The translations under genes and the position numbers were made by a program. A DNA stretch of 64,000 nt. Origin: an uncultured Clostridia bacterium. GTDB taxonomy: Bacteria > Bacillota > Clostridia > Christensenellales > UBA3700. The notes beneath the pieces were generated by a model. That model searched no databases. It had not been told where the DNA came from and was given only the letters and a program-made list of their open reading frames with translations. Location: the NCBI GenBank assembly GCA_937880755.1, contig CALGRX010000017.1, forward strand, positions 154,737-218,736. Direction: 5' to 3'. This document shows positions 57,519-64,000 of this stretch, one piece after another (positions within the stretch are counted from its first letter, which is position 1; every line of letters starts with the position of its first letter).

Positions 57519-58466
57519 ATGTTATTTGCAGGCGTAGACGTAGGCGGAACCAATATCAAGATAGGACTTGTCGACGAGAGTGGCAAGATTATCATCAGTT
57601 CGTCTTTCAAGACGGGCTCCGAGAGACCTTTTGAGGAAGTTGCGGAGGATATTATAGTCAACCTTCACGCGTTGTGTTCCAAAGCCGAGGTCAACTTCAA
57701 GCAACTCGGAGGCATAGGTATAGGTATACCCGGCACCGTTGACACAGCCAAAGGCAAGGTTGTAGCCGCAGCCAACATAGGTTGGTACGACGTTGATATT
57801 GCAGATTATCTCTCTACGGCTACGGGACTAAAATGCATCGCAGGCAACGACGCCAACTGTGCAGCTCTCGGGGAGTATAAATATGCCAACGCCAAGGGCT
57901 ATCGCAATATCGTATTTATCACGCTCGGCACGGGTATAGGCTCGGGTATAGTCATAGACGGCAAACTTTTCTCCGGCGTGGGCAGTGCGGGAGCCGAGGC
58001 GGGACATTTGACTTTGGCTTACGACGGAGAGCCTTGCAACTGCGGCAACAAGGGTTGTTGGGAGAGGTATGCTTCGGCTACCGCCCTTATCAATCAGACT
58101 CGCAAGGCAGCCGAAGAAGCTCCTAACAGCATATTAGGCAGGCTAGTGGCTAGCGAAGGAAAAATCAACGGCAAGACGGTTTTTATTGCCAAAGAAAAGG
58201 GTTGTCCCGTTGCAAGCCAAGTGGTGGAGCAATATTTGCAATACATAGGCGCGGGACTTATCTCGCTTGGCAACATTCTTCATCCGGAGGCGTTCGTCAT
58301 CGGCGGAGGGATTTCTCACGAGGGCGAGCATATCTTCCAACCTATCCAAGCTCAACTTGACGAATATCTCGAGAAGAGCGGTTTCTTGCCTCATATAGAC
58401 GTGATGAAAGCAAGCCTCGGCAACAGCGCCGGACTTTTGGGTGCGGCTTCTTTGGTGATGCAATGA
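57519..58466 (+). CDS. glcK: ROK-family glucokinase
   Basis: GVDVGGTNIK, GNDANCAALGE, and the zinc motif GHLTLAYDGEPCNCGNKGCWE. The ATG at 57519 follows GAGGA. Confidence 0.8.
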   Translation: MLFAGVDVGGTNIKIGLVDESGKIIISSSFKTGSERPFEEVAEDIIVNLHALCSKAEVNFKQLGGIGIGIPGTVDTAKGKVVAAANIGWYDVDIADYLSTATGLKCIAGNDANCAALGEYKYANAKGYRNIVFITLGTGIGSGIVIDGKLFSGVGSAGAEAGHLTLAYDGEPCNCGNKGCWERYASATALINQTRKAAEEAPNSILGRLVASEGKINGKTVFIAKEKGCPVASQVVEQYLQYIGAGLISLGNILHPEAFVIGGGISHEGEHIFQPIQAQLDEYLEKSGFLPHIDVMKASLGNSAGLLGAASLVMQ

Positions 58467-60211
58467 CCACTAGAGAATTATCTTCGATACTATTGCGAGT
58501 GGAGAAACCTGCTCGCTACGTGGGTGGAGAATACAATATGCCCGATATGGACAAGCCTTGTAGACACAGGACTTGTCTTTGTTTCTCTGACAAGTACGAG
58601 GTCGGTATGAGTAATATCGGCGTGCGTATTTTGTACCATATGCTCAACGATATGGAAGGCTTTATTTGCGAGCGCAGTTTTGCCCCCGACCTCGATATGG
58701 CGCAAGAGCTCAAGAGTCGTGGACAAAGGCTGTTCAGCTTGGAGACTAAGCGCGATATAGTAGACTTTGACCTCATAGGTTTTAGCGTTCAGTTTGAACT
58801 GCAATATACCAATATCCCTTATATGTTCGATTTGGCAGGCATACCGCTTTACGCCAAGGATAGACCCGAGGATTTTCCACCCGTCGTTGCAGGCGGTCCT
58901 TGCGCAGTCAATCCCATGCCTTTTGCGCCATTCTTCGACGCCATACTCATAGGCGACGGAGAGATAACGTTCAAGCAAATCAACGAGCTTCATCTCAGGT
59001 GCTTAGAGCAAGGCTTATCCAAGAGCGAATTTCTAAGACTCGCCACCGAAATAGACGGCGTTTACGTTCCGTCTATAGGCAATCGCACCAAGAGAGCGGT
59101 AGTGCAAAACCTCGACGAGGCGTATTTTCCCACTTCGGTGCTCGTACCCAACTGCGATATCGTGCACGATAGGTCGACGATAGAGCTGTTTAGGGGTTGC
59201 GCCAACGGTTGCAGATTTTGTCAAGCGTGCTTCTTCTACCGTCCGATAAGAGAGCGTAAGCCCGATACTCTCGTCAGATACGCCACCGAGCTTATGGATA
59301 ACACGGGGTACGACGAGCTAAGCTTATGTTCCCTTTCAACCAGCGACTATAGCCACCTCAAAGAGATGGTAGACGGCATCAAAGAACAAGCCGACAAGCG
59401 CAAGGTCAAACTTGCTTTGCCGTCTTTGCGCCTAGATAGTTTCGAGGCGGAGATTTACGAAGAGACGAGTGGTTCGTCTTTGACCTTTGCTCCCGAAGCA
59501 GGCACTCAAAGACTTCGCAACGTCATCAACAAAAATATCAGCGAGCAAGATATCTACAATTCTATCAAGGGGGCAATGGAGCACGGCGTCAAAAACGTCA
59601 AGCTCTACTTTATGATGGGGCTTCCGACTGAGACCGACGAGGACTTGCAAGGCATAGTCGATATAGTCTATCTCGTCAAAGACTTGCACCGTCAGTACGG
59701 CAAATCCAAACTTATCAATATCGTCGTATCTACGGCGGTATTTATCCCTAAGCCTCTCACGCCTTTTCAGTGGGAGCGACAGATCACTATCGAAGAAATG
59801 AAACATAAGCAAGACTTCCTCAAAGAGAAGTTGCGTATCAAAAACGTCAAATACAGCTGGCACGGCGCCGAGTCGTCGGTGATAGAGGCACTGCTAGCCA
59901 GGGGTGACGAGTCGCTCGCGCGCGTCATCGAGGAGGCGTACAAGCAAGGCGCGGTATTTGACAGTTGGAGCGAACATTTTCATTACGAATATTGGCTCAA
60001 TGCTATACAAAAATTCAACGTAGACGTTGACGAGTTTGTCGGCGAACAAGCCGAGGACAAGGATTTTTGTTGGGATATCGTCGACAACGGCGTCACTAAA
60101 GCCTATCTTCTTGCAGAACGCCACAAGTCGCGCCAAGGTGTCACCACCCCTAATTGCATTGGAAAATGCAACGGTTGCGGAGCGAGCAAGCTGGGGAGGT
60201 GCTTCAAGTGA
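58463..60211 (+). CDS. Radical SAM protein, TIGR03960-type (B12-binding-like N-domain)
   Basis: 582 aa. CxxxCxxC cluster motif (CANGCRFCQAC). Overlaps glcK by 4 nt and the next gene by 4 nt. Confidence 0.8.
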   Translation: MTTRELSSILLRVEKPARYVGGEYNMPDMDKPCRHRTCLCFSDKYEVGMSNIGVRILYHMLNDMEGFICERSFAPDLDMAQELKSRGQRLFSLETKRDIVDFDLIGFSVQFELQYTNIPYMFDLAGIPLYAKDRPEDFPPVVAGGPCAVNPMPFAPFFDAILIGDGEITFKQINELHLRCLEQGLSKSEFLRLATEIDGVYVPSIGNRTKRAVVQNLDEAYFPTSVLVPNCDIVHDRSTIELFRGCANGCRFCQACFFYRPIRERKPDTLVRYATELMDNTGYDELSLCSLSTSDYSHLKEMVDGIKEQADKRKVKLALPSLRLDSFEAEIYEETSGSSLTFAPEAGTQRLRNVINKNISEQDIYNSIKGAMEHGVKNVKLYFMMGLPTETDEDLQGIVDIVYLVKDLHRQYGKSKLINIVVSTAVFIPKPLTPFQWERQITIEEMKHKQDFLKEKLRIKNVKYSWHGAESSVIEALLARGDESLARVIEEAYKQGAVFDSWSEHFHYEYWLNAIQKFNVDVDEFVGEQAEDKDFCWDIVDNGVTKAYLLAERHKSRQGVTTPNCIGKCNGCGASKLGRCFK

Positions 60212-60852
60212 TTATCGTAAGACACGCCAAAGACGGAGATATGAAATACGTATCTCACAAGGACACTCTGAGAGTGCTTCAACGCGCACTCAAGAGGGCA
60301 AAGATTGACGTAGCCTATTCTCAAGGCTTCGTACCTCACATGCTCACCTACACCACCACACCGCTTCCTCTTGGGGTAGCAAGCAAAGCCGAATACTTTG
60401 CCGTGGAATGTAAGGGAATAGACGAGGTGAGCTTTTTGAAGGCTTTCACCGCCGTTGTACCTCACGGTTTGAGGGGGGATTGGTCGGTAGAGGTTGCCAA
60501 AAATCCTAACCTCGCCTATATCGTAATAGCCAGCAGGTATTTTATCTCGGCTGATGGAGATTTAGAGAGAGTCAAAGAGATTTTGGCTTCCCAAGAGTAC
60601 GTTATTCAAGTCACCAAAAAGGGCGAAACTATTAGCAAGGACGTAAGAAATTTGATATACGACCTTGAAGTCGTAGAGGACGGAATAGTTGCGACTTTGG
60701 CGACGGGCAACGACAATCTACGGGTAGACTGCTTTGTCGACAGCCTCAACGCACGCTACGGATTGGGTATTAGCCGTGACGACGTGACGAGAATAGAGCA
60801 ACTCGTGCAAGGCAAGGACGGACTTATATCCGTCAAGGAGTTTTTGTCGTGA
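60208..60852 (+). CDS. Radical-SAM-linked protein, TIGR03936/DUF2344-type
   Basis: GTG at 60208 overlaps the upstream stop. N-terminal KYVSHKDTLRVLQRALKRAKIDVAYSQGF is typical of this family. Confidence 0.7.
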   Translation: MIIVRHAKDGDMKYVSHKDTLRVLQRALKRAKIDVAYSQGFVPHMLTYTTTPLPLGVASKAEYFAVECKGIDEVSFLKAFTAVVPHGLRGDWSVEVAKNPNLAYIVIASRYFISADGDLERVKEILASQEYVIQVTKKGETISKDVRNLIYDLEVVEDGIVATLATGNDNLRVDCFVDSLNARYGLGISRDDVTRIEQLVQGKDGLISVKEFLS

Positions 60853-62339
60853 AAGAGATACTTATCAACGTTCAAAACACCAATACCAAAGTATGTATAG
60901 TAGAGGAGGGGCAACTCGTCGAATTTTGGGTAGAACGCAAAAATATCGTGGGGCTCGTCGGCAATATATACAAGGGCAAAGTTACCAACGTTTTGCAAGG
61001 TATGCAAGCGGCTTTCGTCAATATAGGACTAGAAAAAAACGCCTTTTTGTACGCGGGCGACACCTTAGCTTACAAGGAAGAACTCAAGGACGTCACCGAG
61101 AGCAGACTCAATCTCAAGGCGGGCGACAAAATTATCGTCCAAGTCGTCAAGGACCAATTTGGCTCCAAGGGCGCGAGAGTATCTATGAACGTTACTCTCC
61201 CGGGTAGACTCGTAGTGCTGATGCCGATGCTTGACTACGTGGGGGTATCCCGCAAGATTACGGATGAGGACAAACGTAACGCCCTTATCGAATACGTCAA
61301 GGGTGTCAAACCACAGGGCTACGGATTCATTTTGCGTACCCAAGCCGAAGATTGCGACCTAGAAGAACTAAGACGCGAGATGAACGAATTGGTAGCCAAA
61401 TGGGAGAAAATCAAGAACACTATTCCTTCCAAGAAGGTTAGCTCTTTGGTGTACAAGGACGAGGACCTTGCCGTGAGAGCGGTGAGAGATATGCTCCGCA
61501 ACGACGTGGACAAGGTGGTCATCAACAATCGCAAAATGTACGAGGAATTCGTGCGAGCCTTTCCCGACCTATATAGCTCTAAGCCCGAGCTCTTCGAGAT
61601 ATACACGGGCGTAGAGGACCTATGGGAGAGATACAAAATCACCGAGCAGATAGACGGGCTTCTCGATAGACGCGTCAATCTCAAAAACGGCGGATACCTA
61701 ATAATAGACCGCACCGAAGCGCTCACCGTCATAGACGTCAACACGGGCAAGTACGTAGGTGACAAAAATCTAGAAGAGACGGTATTCGAAACCAATCGCA
61801 TTGCCGCTATCGAGATAGCAAGACAACTAAGACTTCGCAACATAGGCGGTATAGTCGTCATAGACTTTATCGATATGAATAACTCGATACATATCGACAA
61901 AATTATGGGGATATTGCAACAAGAACTATCCAAAGACCGCACCAAAACCTCTATAGCGGGTATGTCGTCTTTGGGGCTTGTGGAGCTAACTCGCAAGAAG
62001 AAGCGCAGTATGATAGACGCCGTAATGTTACAGCCGTGTCCTTATTGTCGAGGCAACGGCTACGTCTTCAGCGACGAACACGTGGCGGGCAAACTCAAAA
62101 ATTCAATCAACGCATATTTTGCTTGCAAGGACAACAAGGCTCTACTAGTCACCGTTGCCCCAAGCGTTTTCAACAAAATTTTTACGGCAAGACTTCTCGA
62201 GAAAGAATGCGAAAACGAGTGGGCGGACAAACGCATCTATATGCTAGCCGACCCCAATATGCATATCGAAAAGTTTACCTTTCAAGTATTGCACGGCGCT
62301 ATTCTCGACGTTCCCGACAATGCAAGAATGTTGTACTAA
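60849..62339 (+). CDS. rng: Ribonuclease G/E family endoribonuclease
   Basis: 496 aa. S1 domain (NIYKGKVTNVLQGMQAAFVNIG) and catalytic region (IDVNTGKYVG..., IVVIDFIDM). Confidence 0.85.
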   Translation: MKEILINVQNTNTKVCIVEEGQLVEFWVERKNIVGLVGNIYKGKVTNVLQGMQAAFVNIGLEKNAFLYAGDTLAYKEELKDVTESRLNLKAGDKIIVQVVKDQFGSKGARVSMNVTLPGRLVVLMPMLDYVGVSRKITDEDKRNALIEYVKGVKPQGYGFILRTQAEDCDLEELRREMNELVAKWEKIKNTIPSKKVSSLVYKDEDLAVRAVRDMLRNDVDKVVINNRKMYEEFVRAFPDLYSSKPELFEIYTGVEDLWERYKITEQIDGLLDRRVNLKNGGYLIIDRTEALTVIDVNTGKYVGDKNLEETVFETNRIAAIEIARQLRLRNIGGIVVIDFIDMNNSIHIDKIMGILQQELSKDRTKTSIAGMSSLGLVELTRKKKRSMIDAVMLQPCPYCRGNGYVFSDEHVAGKLKNSINAYFACKDNKALLVTVAPSVFNKIFTARLLEKECENEWADKRIYMLADPNMHIEKFTFQVLHGAILDVPDNARMLY

Positions 62340-62429
62340 CCCGATTTGATGCGGATTAGCGCCTCGTATGCTCTAACGGAGCGTTTTTTTGTCAGACGTA
62401 TATAATTATAAAAAAGTACGTTATTTGAG

Positions 62430-62537
62430 TTGACACCCCGTAGTTTTTTGTGATAGTATTGCAACTGAGCCGCATGAGAAGGGTCGCAAGTTCCTATGGA
62501 CACCCGCGTCAGCGAGACTGGTGAGAGGAGGTAAATA
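62430..62537 (+). promoter_or_regulatory. rplU promoter and ~75-nt structured leader (candidate L21-leader element)
   Basis: TTGACA (62430-62435), an 18-nt spacer and TAGTAT (62454-62459). The leader has GC-rich complementary segments before the GAGAGGAGG RBS. The identity of the leader is unverified. Confidence 0.4.
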
Positions 62538-62828
62538 ATGTACGCAATCGTTATGACAGGTGGCAAACAATACAAGGTTGCCGAAGGTGACGTAATCAAG
62601 GTTGAGAAGCTTGACGCAGAAGTTGGCGCAAGCGTAGATCTTGAGGCAGTTATGGTCAACAAAGACGGCGAGCTTGTTTACGGTGGCGCTGCTAAGGCAG
62701 AAGTCGTTGCACAAGACAAGGCTAAGAAAATCGTTATTTTTAGATACAAAGCTAAGAAAAACGAGCGCAAGCGTCAAGGTCACAGACAACCGTTTACGGC
62801 ATTGAAGATTACATCTATTCAGGCGTAA
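62538..62828 (+). CDS. rplU: 50S ribosomal protein L21
   Basis: [25 protein letters not shown]..., the classic L21 N-terminus. Confidence 0.95.
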   Translation: MYAIVMTGGKQYKVAEGDVIKVEKLDAEVGASVDLEAVMVNKDGELVYGGAAKAEVVAQDKAKKIVIFRYKAKKNERKRQGHRQPFTALKITSIQA

Positions 62829-62830
62829 TA

Positions 62831-63160
62831 ATGACGACGGTCAAGGTAACAAAACACAACAATAGCATTGTTCAGATAGAATGTGACGGACACACCGGTT
62901 ACGGGGTAGAGGGCGAAGATATCGTATGCGCGGCACTCAGTTCGATAGTGCAGACGGCGGTGTTGGGACTTTTGCAAGTAGCGGGAGTAGACGTAGACCT
63001 TGTGAGAGACGATGAGAGAGGATATCTCAAAGCGACGATCGACAAGGATTTGGACAAGGCGAGCAGGCTTAAGTGTGATATGATACTCGAGACGATGTTG
63101 CTCGGCGTAGCGGATATCAACGAGAGCTTTTCTGATTTTGTAGAATTGGAGGTAAGATAA
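62831..63160 (+). CDS. prp: Ribosomal-processing cysteine protease Prp
   Basis: 109 aa. DGHTGYG...[11 protein letters not shown] (His/Cys dyad). Sits between rplU and rpmA. Confidence 0.85.
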   Translation: MTTVKVTKHNNSIVQIECDGHTGYGVEGEDIVCAALSSIVQTAVLGLLQVAGVDVDLVRDDERGYLKATIDKDLDKASRLKCDMILETMLLGVADINESFSDFVELEVR

Positions 63161-63161
63161 T

Positions 63162-63440
63162 ATGTTTATTAATATACAGTTATTCGCCCACAAAAAAGGT
63201 GTAGGTAGCTCTAGAAACGGTAGAGATTCCGAAGCTAAGAGACTTGGACCTAAGAGAGCAGACGGACAATTCGTATCCGCAGGCAATATCTTGGTTAGAC
63301 AAAGAGGCACCAAGTTCCACGTTGGCAACAACGTAGGTATCGGTAGCGACGATACTATCTACGCACTTATCGACGGCGTAGTAAGATTCGAGCGCAAGGG
63401 CAAGGACAAAAAACAAGTCAGCGTTTACGCGGCAGAATAA
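63162..63440 (+). CDS. rpmA: 50S ribosomal protein L27 (with Prp-cleaved N-terminal extension)
   Basis: [29 protein letters not shown]... The extension precedes the conserved AHKKG. Confidence 0.95.
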   Translation: MFINIQLFAHKKGVGSSRNGRDSEAKRLGPKRADGQFVSAGNILVRQRGTKFHVGNNVGIGSDDTIYALIDGVVRFERKGKDKKQVSVYAAE

Positions 63441-63455
63441 TTAAAGTACAAAATG

Positions 63456-63483
63456 CAGACTGCCTATGCAGTCTGTTTTTTTG
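63456..63483 (+). terminator. Intrinsic terminator after rpmA
   Basis: CAGACTGC-CTAT-GCAGTCTG followed by TTTTTTTT. Confidence 0.85.
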
Positions 63484-63654
63484 TGCTTTTTTGGTTGCTC
63501 GGTGGCAATATCATTCATGCCCGACTTACGTTACGTGGACACACCCCCAATAAGCCTGACTAGCAGTGACTATGAGTCGACGCAAGAACAAGTGAAAAGT
63601 AGAGAGATTGGCGACTAGCGATAGGCTTAGGGCATATTTTAGGTAGTTTCTCTT

Positions 63655-63683
63655 TTGACTTAAGTGCCAAAATATGCTAAAAT
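63655..63683 (+). promoter_or_regulatory. Promoter of the glycosylase gene
   Basis: TTGACT (63655-63660), a 17-nt spacer and TAAAAT (63678-63683). Confidence 0.5.
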
Positions 63684-63713
63684 TAGACAAAACTACACAA
63701 GCGAGACTATCTT

Positions 63714-64000
63714 ATGGGAGTTATAATAATACAAGACAACACCGACTTCGATATACGCCATATCCTCGACTGCGGACAAATTTTTCGATACAAGCAGTTA
63801 GATAGTGGCGATTGGGAGATAATCAGTCTTGACAAAAGATGCATCGTCAAGCCAAAGAATAAAGGCTATGAGATAATATGCGACGACGAGGAATATTTTC
63901 GCCGCTTTTTCGACCTTGACACCGACTATTCGCTCATCAAGTCGCGCCTAAGAGACAAACCCATGATGAGTCAGGCGATAGAGTACGGACACGGCATAAG
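63714..64000 (+). CDS. OGG/AlkA-type DNA glycosylase (N-glycosylase/DNA lyase-like), 3' end beyond the window
   Basis: N-terminal FDIRHILDCGQIFRY matches the OGG-fold N-domain pattern (..L.CGQ.FR(W/Y)). The ORF is open to the window end. Confidence 0.5.
   Translation, partial: MGVIIIQDNTDFDIRHILDCGQIFRYKQLDSGDWEIISLDKRCIVKPKNKGYEIICDDEEYFRRFFDLDTDYSLIKSRLRDKPMMSQAIEYGHGI

Overview
This 64-kb window looks like chromosome from an endospore-forming Firmicutes/Clostridia-type genome. The evidence is spoIIR, sleB-ypeB, a SpoIVFB-like M50 protease, veg, and L27 with an N-terminal extension beside its Prp protease. Most of the window is ordinary core synteny. It includes a DEAD-box helicase, an XRE/cupin regulator with potABCD, ktrAB, veg-ispE-spoIIR-sleB-ypeB, prs, rho, proS and luxS. 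It also includes a GPH transporter, ppx, maf, an MreB-like gene, minDE, glucokinase, the TIGR03960/TIGR03936 radical-SAM pair with RNase G, and rplU-prp-rpmA. Two visibly AT-richer accessory segments each lie on the 3' side of a minus-strand tRNA-Ser gene. (i) About 6.7-9.46 kb holds a 5'-truncated serine-recombinase fragment fused in frame to a ~750-aa uncharacterised region, next to tRNA-Ser(GCT). (ii) About 35.46-48.5 kb, next to tRNA-Ser(CGA), is a partly decayed island. It carries an XRE gene, a NUDIX fragment, an AraC / APH-like kinase / esterase cluster, and a 6.2-kb surface-protein cassette bracketed by ~162-nt direct repeats. The cassette contains a frameshifted LRR lipoprotein, a 468-aa lipoprotein and an M64-peptidase/Hint fusion. 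The island also carries a GC-rich hairpin-dense non-coding block, an intact orphan 379-aa protein with an Rx4H (HEPN-type) motif, and a decayed IS3-family element. The items most worth follow-up are the repeat-bracketed cassette with its structured non-coding block, the HEPN-like orphan, the M64-Hint fusion, and the recombinase-fragment chimera. I saw no CRISPR array, reverse transcriptase or rRNA. All calls come from reading the sequence and the ORF translations by eye; no database search was run.
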